From Octopus vulgaris (Eukaryota), in the NCBI GenBank assembly GCA_951406725.2, contig OX597832.1:17608001-17672000 (forward strand): a stretch of 64,000 nt of DNA. The letters are read 5' to 3'. The translations under genes and the position numbers were made by a program. Position 1 is the stretch's first letter, and each line of letters opens with the position of its first letter. Of the stretch, positions 30,365 to 43,775 are shown piece by piece. Below the pieces are notes generated by a model, which was given only the letters and a program-made list of their open reading frames with translations, was not told where the DNA came from and did no database searches.

Positions 30365-30950
30365 TTCAAGTCTTGAAAACTCTTCTAATACTCTTTCTTG
30401 TTCCTAAGAGGCAAACTTTTCTGAAGAAGCTCCACAGGGCACTCCACTCCAATCTCCTTCAGCTATTTGTTTTTAACATTACTCACAGTTTCTGATGCTC
30501 CATTTATTAAAGGCACAACCTTTACAGTTTTCATATTGCCAAACTCTCGCTATTTCAAATTACGAGGGTTAATATTGTTTTTAATCGTTCATTTTCTTTG
30601 CTTACAATTCTGGAATCAAATGGACATGATGGCTGAATTAGCAAGAAGCTTCGCTTTTCTTTGTTTACAATGGGAGCGAGACCCGGACTTCTGGCTTCTT
30701 TGGATACCTAGAAACTTCCACAGGATCATACCGTTCATTAGTGCTATTGAGTGATGGGATAGGGATCTTGGACGCACGAAAGGATTAGCTGTTAGAAGAG
30801 TTGGGTGCAAAAGCTTCGCAAAAATTCTCAGATATTTCTAAATTTTGAAATGTTTTGCCTCAATGTTTCTAATGTGACAATGTCACCTTTGTCATATTGG
30901 TGTGGATCGTCCACATCATATATTGATAGGGTTTTCGTATAAGCTGTTCA
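30365..30950 (-). pseudogene. Degraded R4/Dong-clade LINE, restriction-like endonuclease region
   Basis: Frameshifted MILW...EARSPGL..V.KEKR..LIQPSCPFDSRIVSKENE...EIARVW..VVPLING...LKEIGVECPVELLQK..LGT..IRRV resembles the RPD...D...KE.EK...QK..LGT signature. Confidence 0.65.
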
Positions 30951-31229
30951 CAGTTGCTCGTAGTTGGCTAGTGAGATCACAAATTTGTGCCCTGTACTAT
31001 CAAATTAGAAAATATGAAAAAGCAATGAAATGGTTACTGTAAGGTGGATATGACCTTCCTTGAACGAGAAAATTTCAGGGATCAACTAAGGGTTGAAGTT
31101 CAGTGGAAATCGACAGGATCAAACATCATCACAGGGTGTGGGTTTCACTAAAAAAAAATTTTTAATAACGAAAGCATTTGTTGATTTTAGAAGAGATAGC
31201 TATAAAGAACAATAGGTGAGAAGAAAAAA

Positions 31230-31620
31230 GTAGTTTGTCCCTTAGAAACGGCATCACAATTGTTGTCTTAGCGGGGAGAATGTGCCTTGACAGCTTCTCC
31301 GACGTGAAAGTCAATGCTTGCATTGTACGATCAAGGCCACGTGCTCTGAATCATTAGACACAAAAGCCATCCGTTGGGCTCGGGTAGAGGAGGCGCAGCA
31401 TGGCAACAAAGCTAAAATCCTTTGTGTGACAACAACAGCGGGTGTGTGCTCTCCAACAGTGAACAAATTATTGCGGTGTCTCAAACGCATTTCACCTAAC
31501 CATTTACGAGGATTAACCTCGACGATTTGCCGCGACTGACAGATCCTGCGAAGGGCGGAGTCCAAATGATGAACTTGAAATGAGCAAAACTGTTCTAGAG
31601 AAAAGCAAAATGCACTATTA
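31230..31620 (-). pseudogene. Possible highly degraded L1/Tx1 ORF2 segment
   Basis: GC-richer block; LRRICQ...KWL.EMRLRH...GEH resembles, from recall, the post-RT region of Tx1-like elements. Confidence 0.3.
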
Positions 31621-32075
31621 CCTATATTTTCCTGTATTGTTTATTCTGCTCATGACAGCAGCTAGCGGAAAATAATAACATTCCCAGTCGAGTAAACAGT
31701 GACGACTTGGTAGAGTTCGGGAACTAACAATGTTGAATGATAGTAATGACCCTGCCCAGCATAGAGTTTAAAAGTTTTGGGTCACGGGAAAACCGAGTCA
31801 CATATTTTCAAACGTCGCTATAATGGTGACGTATTGAGGATATAGAAGTAATAAGCATTACAAAGTATTAGGTATGCACAGCTGGTCTTGAGCCAAAGTA
31901 ACCAGATTTGAGACGATTACCATCACCATAGTCGTTACGATTGGAAGCGTGGAAAAAGTCGTATTGTACTTCTTGTTTATATTTATTCAATTCTTTAATT
32001 GCCAAATGAAGCCGAGGTCAACTTTGCCAGACAAGTACTTGGGACGATAGCCTAATACCTACATTTGAATATATA

Positions 32076-32983
32076 TGGGGTCATCCCGTAACTAATACGG
32101 TTATCTTATACTTTATATTTTTCAAAATTAATATAAAGTTCTTTTTTAATCTCAAATATATTCTCTCTTTCCATTTCTACAATGCTCTTCCATCTATCTG
32201 GTAGATTTGCAAGGCCCCTCCTCCAAAATTCACTTGTCCGTGACGAAAAATACTCCTCCAGTACTTTTCTGACCTCGTCTCGAGAATTCATAATTTTTCG
32301 TCCAAATGATTTTGAAGACTGCAGAATAAATGATAATCAGATGGGGCAATATCTGGCGAATATGCTAGGTGGGGCATCGTTTCCCTCTCAAATTGTTCCA
32401 GCCTTTGGAATGTCATCCTCGCTGTATGTTACCACGCGATTAAACTCAGAAAGTTTGTGAAGAACTCATTGACCCAATTTGCTGACTTTTCCGATGACAT
32501 GCTGTTGTTGACGAATAGTTGAATGACCAAATCCAAGCTTCTCTGCTAGTTCCTCAACAGTTACGACGGCATTTTATTCCACCAGGTTTTACAGGACGTC
32601 CTCGTCGAGTTCTACAGATCTTCTAGGACGAATCTCGTCATCTAAACTGTAGTTTCCGGCTCGGAATTTCTGGAACCACCGTTGACACTTGCTTACACTT
32701 ATTGTCCAATCCCTTTATACTGCATTAATATTCCTCACACTTTCCGTTGCTTTGTTGCCTTTATTGAAATCATAAAGCAAAATATGCCGAATATGCTCCT
32801 TTGTCACTTCCATTATAGCTTTGAAAAAATGACTGTTAAAATTGAACTTCACTCTTCAAAACTTGCACAAAGAATAAGGACAAGGTAAAATTGCAACCTG
32901 CTTTTATAGCAAATTTATCTCGTCGTTGTCCACCTTTTAGTTTATGCAACTGAGAAAACCACATATTTTATGAGATGACCCGG
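32076..32983 (-). mobile_element. Internally deleted mariner element (transposase pseudogene 32813 to ~32146)
   Basis: TA-flanked imperfect TIRs; MEVTKEHIRHILLYDF...QRWFQKFRAGNYSLDDE..., a degenerate WVPHEL (*VLHKL), PHLAYSPDIAPSDYHLF and FWRRGLANLPDRWKSIVE; several stops; catalytic middle missing. Confidence 0.92.
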
Positions 32984-33142
32984 TATATTATTACTGTGTT
33001 GCATTATTGGCGACAGTGAGGCGGCGGTAGTGGCGAGTTGATAATCAAGATGACACTGAGGGGGAGGACGAAGAGGTAGAGAGGGTGCAGCTGGAGGGAG
33101 AGAATGTAGGAGGAAGAGGAAAATCAGGAATATGTTGCTGTA

Positions 33143-33236
<94 letters not shown>

Positions 33237-34774
33237 CTGATGATGATGACGACGACGACGACGACGATGACGACGATGATAATGATGATGATGATGATGA
33301 TGATGACAGATGATGATGACAGATGATGATGATGATGATGATGGTGGTGGTGGAGGTGGTGGTGGTGGTGGCGATGTTGATGATGACGATGGCGGGGTAG
33401 TAGCAGCGGGATGTTGGTGATGGTGTCGGTCGTGTTGAAGCTGTTGATGATGAAAAGAAATGTTATGACGTTGACGGTGACGATTCAGTTACGATGCTGA
33501 TGATGATGCTGATGCTGATGACGACGACGACGATGATGATGATGGAAATAATGATAGTGATGGAAGTGGCGATGGTGGCGATAGTTTGTTATACATGCAA
33601 TTTACATTTGTGTGTGTTTGTATATGTCTGACTGATCATGTGTGTGTGTGTGAATATGTGTGAGTCTGAGCATATCTAAGACATGAGAGAGGGTGTGTGA
33701 AGACAGAAGCAGAGAGAGAGGGAGAAATATCATTAAATAGATGAAGCCAGGGGAAAATAGAAAGAAAGGAAAGGAAAAGAGGGAGAGAGACAGAGAGAAG
33801 AACGTATTTATGGAGTAGAAAATGAGGGTGTGGGGTTTGTAAAGTAAGGGGGAAAGGGTAAGGGACAGCGTAATACAAGAGGGATATAGAGGTTGATAGA
33901 GAAAGAGGGGAAGGGAACGAGAGAGGGTGAGAGATAAAGAGAGAGAGAGAAAGAGATGAGGGAGTTGTGGAGAGAGTAGGAGGGAGTAGGAGGGAGTAGG
34001 AGGGAGTTGTAGAGGGTAGGAGGAGATAATGAGGGCGAATAATAATAATAATAACGGGAAATGAGACAGCTCGAACGTACGTCGACTTGACAAAAGGTTA
34101 ACAATAGAAATGGAACGATACAAAAGAAAGAAGGAGGAAGAAGGAAGGAAGAGAGTGCGAAGGAAACGAATGAATGAAAGACGGAAAGAGCGGGTGGAAG
34201 TGGAGGAAGAAGGGTGGGGGGGTGAGATGTGGAATGATGAGAGAAAGGGGAAAAAAATGGTGAAATAAATTAAACAGAAATAAGAAAATGTGGAATGATG
34301 GGGAAAGCTTTGAGGGGAGGGGGGAGAGAAAAAAAAGGAAGACGTAAGTTGGAAAGGGAAGAAGAAGCAAGTTGAAGAAACGACGAGGAAGAAAATGAAG
34401 AAGGAACCGGTGAATGAAAAATAAGTAGACAGAATAAAAAAGTAAAAGAGAAAACGAAAACAAGGTGGGAAGAAGAAGAAGAAGAAGAAGAAGAAGAAGA
34501 AGAAGAAGAAGAAGAAGAAGAAGAAGAAGAAGAAGAAGAAGAAGAAGGATGTTGAAGAAGGAGGGAGGTGAAAAAGAATGGCGTAAGTGGGAGAGGAGAA
34601 AAAGAGAGAAGATGAAGGGGTGGGGAATGGTAAGACGATGATGAAGAAGCAGGAACGAGGAGGGGTGGGTGGAGAAAACGAAGAAGAAGAAAAAGAAGAC
34701 GAAGAAACATGGGGACAGTGTCGAAGGGAATTGTGGGATAGGGAATGCAAAGTAAACAAAAAAATAAAAACATA

Positions 34775-34810
<36 letters not shown>

Positions 34811-34903
34811 GTATGTATATATGCATCTCTCTCTCTCAGTCAATCTATCAATTTATCTTTCTATGTGCGTGTACACACACGCACACAAATACCCCTCACT
34901 CAC

Positions 34904-34934
<31 letters not shown>

Positions 34935-34986
34935 AAATAATGGAATAAGATGCAAACGACATCAACTGAGATGATGATGATGATGG

Positions 34987-35044
<58 letters not shown>

Positions 35045-35089
35045 AGTGATGATGATGATAGTGATGATGATGATAGTGATGATGCTGAA

Positions 35090-35130
<41 letters not shown>

Positions 35131-35279
35131 CTACGGAGGTGTAGTGTGACGGCAGTTGTGGCTGTGTTGCTGCTGGTATTAATAATACCAGCAGACTAAT
35201 TTCAGCGAAAAAGTGAAAAAAGATGTCAACAGGAAACCACCGAGAAAGTAGCGTCAACAACGCATTCGTATTAGTAGTT

Positions 35280-35363
<84 letters not shown>

Positions 35364-35365
35364 AC
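33143..35365. repeat. (GAT)n, purine-rich (GA/GAA)n and (GTA)n low-complexity field
   Basis: Directly visible. Confidence 0.9.
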
Positions 35366-35517
35366 TGTAATCATTCAGCTAGTATAATTTACTCGTTAGA
35401 GAAATAAAAAAAAGTTTTTTGACAGAAATAAAAGAAGCATGAACATCACAGCACATCATTTGTCCTTTATCTAAAGTCACTCTATTAGAATTAACCTTCT
35501 ACTTACTCAGGGATGGT

Positions 35518-35962
35518 TTAAGTAAAGTTAAGTTAAGTTAATTTTGGGGCTCAAAAAGCAAAAAGCAAGGCCATGTAGGGGGACATGGAGTTATGTACAG
35601 GGAAGGTGTTCATGCAAAGAGTTCAGGCCATTTCTGGTCATGGGAGACTTTGAACCGAGCGGTCGTCGGCATCTTCACTGTTTCGTCCGGCGGCTTATTC
35701 CACGGATCCGCAAACCGGACGGAGAAAGCCTCTCTCTTTCGATTGAGATGAAATCGTCGCAGATAGAGGTTTTTGGAGTGACCCCGTACCCGACACTCTG
35801 GAGCAGGAGTGAAGGATAGATCTTTCGAGAGGTTACACTTTCCGCTTGTTGTGAGCAGGAATGACATCACCACGGCGTCGTCGTTTTTCTAGAGAATAAA
35901 GGTCGAGCGTCTTCAGTATTTCTTCACAAGACAAATGCTTGAGACAAAGAACCATGCGGGTA
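35518..35962 (-). mobile_element. CR1-clade LINE 3' fragment
   Basis: LKHLSCEEILKTLDLYSLEKRRRRGDVI...RGHSKNLYLRRFHLNRKREAFSVRFADPWNKPP...FK matches the CR1 ORF2 C-terminal pattern; short 3' UTR ending in (TAACT)n. Confidence 0.88.
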
Positions 35963-36445
35963 GTCCATCCCACTATGTGACAATCACCACCTTTCCATTT
36001 TAAAGATAAATACTATTTGCATATGATGTTCAAGAATGCGAGGTATCAAGGTCCTGCACAAGACCTGAGGTTGTGGATTGGAACTGGTTTAGAGACGAGT
36101 GAAGTTTCTTTTGCTATCTGTGCCGGTTCTTTTGTAATCTGACAGCTTTCATTGTCATTTCGGGGTCGATAAATTAAGTCCCAGTTGCGTACTGGAGTCG
36201 ATCTAATTGAGAGGTCCCTTCCCCCAAAATTTTGGGCCTTGTGCCTAGAGTAGAAAAGAATCTGACAGAAATACACTCGATAACACGAAAGCAAAGGTGT
36301 GGCTTCCCGAGTCGGTGGGTTTTCTCTTTAATAGATATTGATGGATGACTTGAAGGCATCGTAAATGCACTTGATTTGTATATAATCCCTAAATGTTTTC
36401 TCAACAATATATATGTGTGTGTGTGTGTGTGTGCGTATACACAGA

Positions 36446-36579
36446 TCTATATTTAAGAGATGAGGAATTATGTACATTATTTGTCCTCATATTGCTTGTT
36501 GTTAACACGAGCATATGGCGCAGTGGTTAAGAACGCAGGCTACTAAACCCAAGATTCCAAGTTCGATTCCAGGCAGTGA

Positions 36580-36615
<36 letters not shown>

Positions 36616-36618
36616 TAC

Positions 36619-36666
<48 letters not shown>

Positions 36667-36826
36667 CAACAATATCATCGAAAAATACCTTAGGAACGAA
36701 ACACAGGTTTGAAATTTTCATCAAGACACCTGATGAAGGCTGGAGGGTATATCAGACGAAACGTTGTGTTAATAACGAACAAGATGAGGACAAATATCCA
36801 TCAAATGTAAATAATGTAAATAATGA
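36446..36826 (+). mobile_element. tRNA-headed, HHR-bearing SINE-like element with an inverted 3'-end copy at its 5' side
   Basis: Inverted tail 36446-36508; A box tggcgcagtgg from 36516; B box agttcgattcc; (AAT)n spacer; HHR; tail. Confidence 0.85.
36725..36770 (+). ncRNA. Minimal type I hammerhead ribozyme motif
   Basis: gacac-CTGATGA-a-ggctg(gagggtatat)cagac-GAAAC-GTT-gtgtt; loopless palindromic stem III (aacgtt). Confidence 0.65.
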
Positions 36827-36847
36827 ATATACATACATATGAGCGTG

Positions 36848-37226
36848 GCACTCCGTCGGTTACCACGACGAGGGTGCCAGCTGATCAGATCGACGGAACG
36901 GCCTGCTCGAAAATGAACGTGCAAGTGGCTGAGCACTCCAAAGACACGTGTACCCTTAATGTAATTCTCAAGGAGAATGAGCGTGACACAGAGTGTGATA
37001 AAGCTGGCAGCTTTGAAATACAAGTACAACAGAAACAGGAAGAAAAGGTGAAAGAAAACTGTAGTGAAATAGTACAGCAGGGTTCGCCCTCCCCCCACTG
37101 CCGAGCTTCAGGGAGCTCTAGGTATTTTCGCCCAATAAACACTCACAACGCTCTGTCTGGGAATCGAAACTTCGATCCTACGACTGCGAGTCCGCTGCCC
37201 TAAACACTGAGCCATTGCGCCTCCAC
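36848..37226 (-). mobile_element. SINE family C
   Basis: Reverse complement of 15307-15697 over its full length. Confidence 0.88.
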
Positions 37227-37454
37227 ACATACATATACATCTATACACAACGCCCATGTTTATATTTACAACCACAGACTAAACTAAATTAAACTATGAT
37301 GTTTCGGCCCCCCAAAACCAAAAACCAAGTCTAGCTTTCTAGAAGTACCTGATACAGTGTGTTCAGCCATGTTTAATTCAAGACTCATTTAATCCAAGCC
37401 CTCAGTGCCCATTCAAGCAGAGATGTAGGTGTTGACTGAGATATAAAATAATAA

Positions 37455-37703
37455 ATGCGCTCTTTCGAAGCCTAACCAGGCTCATGGGCCCGCTTTCCCG
37501 GTTTCAATGGCGTATGCGTTCCCCAGCTGGACGAGACGCCTGTCCATCGCAGAGTTACTCATTTTTGCCAGCTGAGTGGTCTGGAGCAACGTGAAATGGA
37601 GTGTTTTGCTCAAGAACACAACGTGTGGCCCGGTCCAGGAATCGAAACCACAATCTTACGATCATGATGCTGACACCCTAACCACTAATCCACGCGTCTC
37701 CAC
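37455..37703 (-). mobile_element. SINE family D (tRNA head with CORE-like segment)
   Basis: Minus strand: tagtggttagggtg...ggtttcgattcctgg...tgtgttcttgagcaaaacac...cactcagctggcaaaaatgagta; related partial copy at 45503-45655 (+). Confidence 0.75.
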
Positions 37704-38797
37704 TATTGACTGAGTTATAATCAGGTATAAATGATTTTCTTGCTACCCTTTTGATGGAGGTTGTAATGATGGATTATAACTCCTGGACATGAAGATGATG
37801 GCGGCAGCGATGGTAAGTTGATAGAAAAAGCTTTGGCGGAGTTGATGTTGTAGTTCATAGTTGTGATGGTAGCCGTGATGGTGGTACTGATGATGGTGTT
37901 GGTAGTAGTAGTAGTCGTGTTCTTGTTAGTGATGTTGTCGCTGGTGGTGGTGGTAGTGGTGGGGTGGTGGTGTCTGTTTTAATGTCGGTACAGGTAATCT
38001 TTCGTGTTAGTATTTGTTGTTGTTGTTGCAGCTCAAGTACGTAGTAGCTGTAGTGATATTGTTGTTGTTGTTGGTGGTGGTGATTGTAGTAGCAGCAGTT
38101 GTAGTAGAACCAACCCGAGTCAGTGAAGTATTACGAGACGGCTGAGGCGGCAGTGGTGATGGTGGCGGTGGTAGTGGTGGTGACGGTGGCGGCGACGGAG
38201 GCAGCAGTGGTGGCATTGGTTGTGGCGGTGGTAGTGGTGTTTTCGACGGTGGCGGTGATGGTGGTTGTGATGGCAACGGTGGCGGAGGTGGTTGTGGCGG
38301 CGGCGGCTGTAGTGGAGGTGGTTTGTCGTGGTGTCGGCGGCGGCGGTGATGGAGGGGCGATGGTGGTGGTGACGGTGTTGGCGACGGAGGCAGCAGTGGT
38401 AACGTTGGTTGTGGTGGCGGTGGTGGTGGCGACGGCGGCGGTGATGGGGGTGATGGTCTCTTAGCGACGATCTAATTGTTTGATATCATTTAAAACGCAG
38501 TTCAATTACTTAATTGCTATTCGAAATGTTGTTGTAGTTGCTCTCTACCGTTGTTGTTGTTGTTGCTGCTGTTTATGCAAGTTGTGTGGGTACGACGGTA
38601 AAGTTGATTCCACTGATGTGGGTGGGCGCGTGTATGTGTATGTATGTTGTGGTGGCGTTGGTGTTGTTATTATTGTTAGTGGTGGTGGTGGTGGTAGTGA
38701 CAGTCTTGGCAGTGGTGGTGGTGGTGGTGGTGTTAGCAATGGTTTAAAATGTTAGCATAGTCGATGCTCTTAGAGGTAATATATGCATGGATATATT

Positions 38798-39633
38798 TGA
38801 AGGAGACACTGAAAAGTTGCTGGCATTAAGAGTGTCGCGAAAGGCCGGGTTGGAGACCCAAACTTCCGGGATCTTTTACAGAGATTCGAAAACCTGAAGG
38901 ATCGCTGCAATGAAATGAATGTGAGATGGGGATATGTTGAATAGAATCGTGATTAACTAATCCTCTTGTATTTTCTTTTACCCAAAACCAAGTTTTCAGC
39001 ACCCTGTTGTGTATACATATGTACACACACACATAAACATACACACAAACACAAACACACACACACAAACACAAACACAAACAAAAACACACACACACAT
39101 ACACACACGCACACACACACAAGCACACACACACAAGCACACACACACACATGGATTAGAAAGTTCTGTAAAGTCCCTGGAATTAAGGGTGTCTCCTGGT
39201 TGAAGACCCAAAATTGCGAGTTCTTTTATAGAGCTTAGAAAATCTTAAGGACGGCTGCAATAAGTGTATGAATCTGAGAACTAAAATCATAATTAACTGA
39301 CACTCCTGTATTTTCTTATTAACCGAATCCGGGACGTTTTCAGCACCTTGTGAATATATATATATATGTACACTCAGACAAATACACACACACGCATGCA
39401 CGCACGAGAAAGTGCTGAAAAGATCCTAGCTTTAAGGGTGTCGCAAAAGGTCTGGTTGGAGATCCAAATTTCTGACCACTTTTACATGACTAAGAAAAAC
39501 TTAAGTACCGCTGCGATAAGTGTGTGAATCTGAGAGGGGAATATGTTAAATAAAATCATAATTAACTGACCCTCCTCTATTTTCTTTATACCAAAGCCAG
39601 GAAGATTTCAGCACCTTGTGTGTACATATATGT

Positions 39634-39705
<72 letters not shown>

Positions 39706-39964
39706 AAACACACATATATATACACACACATACACATACACACATGCACGCACGAGGGAGTGCAGGAAAGATGCTGGCTTTTAGGGTATCACAAAAGGGC
39801 CTGTTTGGAGACCCAAACATCTGAGGTCTTTTACAGGGCTGAGAAAAACTTAAGGACCGTCGCAATAAGTGATTGAATCTGATAGGGAGATATGTTGGAT
39901 AAAGTCATAATCAATCAATCCTCCTGTATTATCTTTTACACAAAGTCAGGAACGTCTCAATACG
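38798..39964 (+). mobile_element. Four co-oriented ~200-215 bp mariner-derived MITEs separated by (CA)n
   Basis: Copies at about 38798-39007, 39150-39350, 39403-39620 and 39751-39964; ends gtgctgaaaag.tcct.gcttt / aaagccaggaa..tttcagcac; internal EKLKYRCDKCVNLRGEYVK* resembles a mariner C-terminus. Confidence 0.8.
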
Positions 39965-40401
39965 TTCTAATATTGGAGTAGTAATGATGTTGATAGCTAT
40001 AGAGTTCGTGTGTTGGTGGTGGCTGATAAGGTTTGTGTGGTGCCGAAGTTTTTCGACAGTGGTTTATAGGCAATGTGAAAGAGAAATGTCGTCAGGAATG
40101 TATTAGAAGCTGCATTGATCGAATGCGGTAGTGGTCGTGGGGGTGTGGGTGGCGGTGGGTGTAGAGAATAGCGATCTATGAATGTTATCCGAGGTAATCT
40201 GGACAGGGTTATGTGTAGTTGGTTCGATTCGCAATCATGAGGTTCCAAATTGGAACCCGTTACACGGAATCTTCATCAGATATTTTCTAATATAGATCCG
40301 GGCCGATCAAATCTTGTGAGATAATTTGGTAGGTGGAAATCCCTTCGGTTATATATATGTGTATGTGTCTACACAAACACAGCACGCACGTGCGCACATG
40401 C

Positions 40402-40448
<47 letters not shown>

Positions 40449-41029
40449 TTACTATATATATCACTTGACCGATGATTATACTAAGTTGTGGGGTCGATTT
40501 GTTTTTATTTGTTTCAGTCATTTGACTGCGGCCATACTTGAGCCCTGCCTTTATTAGAACAAATCGACCCCACAACTTATTCTATCCGTCTCTTATATCC
40601 CCATCATCGGTCAAGTGATGGTAGTCAACCTGTGGCTATAGTAGAAGACACTGGCCGAAAGTGCCACGCAATGAGATTGCTGCTTACCACACACACACAC
40701 ATATATATGTGCATTTGTCCCATGCCACTATTTGGCAACCGGTGTTGGTCTATTCACATCCCGTAACTTAGTAGTTCTGCAAGGACCCGACTTGAAGTCA
40801 AAAAGTACTGATCTGTATTTATTCGATTAAACTGTATAAGGTGCTCCAGCATGGGGGAAGTCTAGTGACTGAAAGAAGTAAAATAATAAAGAAAAAAACT
40901 AAGTGAAATTCGGGGTCGTTAAATTAAGTACCAGTTGCGAACTACTGTCGATCTAATCGACTTCCCTGCACCTCCGAAAAAATTCGGGCTTTGTGTCTAG
41001 AGTAGAAAAGCATTTTTGTAATGTTCTAA

Positions 41030-41427
41030 GGCTGTGAGCTGGCAGTAACGTTAGAACGCCGGGGGAAATGCTTAGCTGTATTTCGTCTGCCGTTACGTTC
41101 TGAGTTCAAATTCCGCCGAGGTCGACTTTGCTTTTCATCCTTTCGGGGTCGATAAATTAAGTACCAGTTACGCACTGGTGTCGATGTAATCGACTTAATC
41201 CATTTTTCTGTCCTTGCTTGTCCTCTCTGTATTTAGCCCCTTATGTGTAGTAAAGAAATAGGTATTTCGTCTGTCTTTACGTTCCGAGTTCAAATTCCGC
41301 CGAGGTCGACTTTGCCATTCATCCTTTCGGGTCCGATAAATTAAGTACCAGTTGCGTAGAGATCGATCTAATCGACTGTCCCCCTCCCCCAAAATTTCGA
41401 TCCTTGTGCCTAGAATAGAAAATAATA
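41030..41427 (+). mobile_element. SINE family A dimer (tail2-tail1)
   Basis: Junction taaagaaata|ggtatttcgtctg at 41260|41261; another partial copy lies at about 40905-41010. Confidence 0.9.
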
Positions 41428-41816
41428 TTTGCGACGTCCTCTATCCCTCTAGTTGTTACATCCTGAGTTTTGCACTGGGTTATGTGTAAGAGGGCTAAGA
41501 AGGGCCAACGTTTGCACGAGACTATATAGTTACCTAAAACAATAAGCAAAACAGAAACAGCAAAAACACACGGCACGTAATACTCGTTTCAGACTGATTC
41601 ATTCGTTATAAATCCAAGAAAACATGGTAGTGTTACGCTTTTCACGAAATGATTTGTGATAACACGGGTTTAGTGACGGACGATTACTCAAATGTTCTAT
41701 ATTGACTGCAAAAAGCGTGTCCCTGCAAAAGCATGTCCCTGCAAAAATCGACAATATTCAAGTGAACTTGGTGTCTTGGAAGAAAAAAATGTACTTGCAT
41801 AGCAAGTGCTCTGATC

Positions 41817-42083
41817 TGCAGTATGGAGGCTGCTTATAAGCCATTTTAGAAAAAACACAAAAATGCGTTAGATTTACGTCAGCATCTAAATTTAATTTGC
41901 TAAAATATTTTCGTCGCTTTGAGACCTTGACCTGTTCACTGACCATGGAATTTTATCAGTGAAAATCTCACGGTCTCAAAGCGACGAAAATATTTTGGCA
42001 AATTAAATTTAAATGTTGAAGCGAATCTAACGGGTTTTTTTAATGTATTTCTTAAATGGCTTATAAACACCTTCCACGCTGCA
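41817..42083. repeat. Foldback inverted repeat with ~110-bp arms
   Basis: 41817-41926 pairs with 41972-42083; a single-arm homolog is at 11488-11538. Confidence 0.88.
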
Positions 42084-42485
42084 ATTGTTCTGTTATTAAT
42101 TTAACATTCATTCAATAACAACAGTGATGAATGAGGATAGATGTGAATATTTTCGAACCGTACTATCTCGCGAGTGACGGTCATGGTTTCGGCCAGTAGT
42201 TCACGTGATCAAACACTTGAGTAATCATCATTGCAACCGATGCAGGATCCTTCATCATAGTGATGGCTGGCAATGACAATGGTGAATGGAAAGGTACGGT
42301 TAGTGCTAATAGTATGTGAGTGTGTCTGTGCTTGTGCGTATGTGTGGGAGCGTGTGTGCGCGTTTGTGAAAGCTTACATGTGGGAGTGTTATTGTAGTGG
42401 TACAAACATGGTTGATGATGATGATGATGATGGTGATGATGATAGCGACGGTGAGGTTATAAACGGAAGCGTGGTGGTTGTGCTG

Positions 42486-42532
<47 letters not shown>

Positions 42533-42633
42533 GTTATTATTATTATTATTAGTGTTGTTGTTGTTGTTGTTGTTGTGGTTATTGTTATAACCAGTGGTAG
42601 TAGTAGTAGTAGCAGCAGCAGCAGCAGCAGTAA

Positions 42634-42672
<39 letters not shown>

Positions 42673-43014
42673 CAGCAGCAGAAGCAACGTCGGTGATTCA
42701 GATTGTTGGTGTTAGTAGTAGTGGTGGTGGTGTGGTGGTGGAGGTGATAGTGGTTTTGTAGTGCGCCTGTGTGCTCTGGCGGGGGATACAGTGAGTGGTA
42801 GTGGTGGCGGTGGGAGGTTTGCTGAGCAATTGTTCGTCGGACTTGTTAATTGCAAAAGACGTCGTGAGCAACAATAAAAATAAAATAGGGATCGAGCAAC
42901 AACAAGAACAAAAACAACAACCATAATAATAATAATAATAATGATAATAATAATAATAAAAATAATAATAATAATAATGATAATAATAATAATAATAATA
43001 ATATAATAATAATG

Positions 43015-43082
<68 letters not shown>

Positions 43083-43113
43083 AAAAATAATAATGATGAT
43101 GATGATGATGATG

Positions 43114-43165
<52 letters not shown>

Positions 43166-43191
43166 TAATAAAAATAATAATGATGATGATG

Positions 43192-43222
<31 letters not shown>

Positions 43223-43229
43223 TAATAAA

Positions 43230-43309
<80 letters not shown>

Positions 43310-43737
43310 TGATGATAATAATAATATTGATAATAATAATAAAAACATCAACAGCAGCTTCACAACTACAACCAACAACAGCTACAACAACAGCAATAAC
43401 AATTTCGCAGGAACTGCAGATTCGGCAACATTAATATATTAACAACAACAACATCAACAACAATAACGGCTGTTTCAAATCAAGTAGCAATTCCAATAAC
43501 AACAACAGCAGCAGCAACCCTAGGAATATTAGAAACAAAAATACAAAAAAAGTAAATAAAATGAAATATTAGCTGTGCTGCTGCGGCTACTATTACTACT
43601 ACTACTATTATTACTACAACCACCACCACCACCACCACTAAACTACCACCACCACCAACGCCAACACTACCGCCACCATTACTACTACAACCACTACCAC
43701 CGTGACCACAGCCACACTCTGATACTACTATAACTAT

Positions 43738-43775
<38 letters not shown>

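Noticed and set aside
33602-34843. 413-aa ORF, the longest in the track
   Set aside because: The pyrimidine-rich strand of a (GA/GAA)n tract lacks stops by composition; the product is low-complexity Phe/Ser/Leu.
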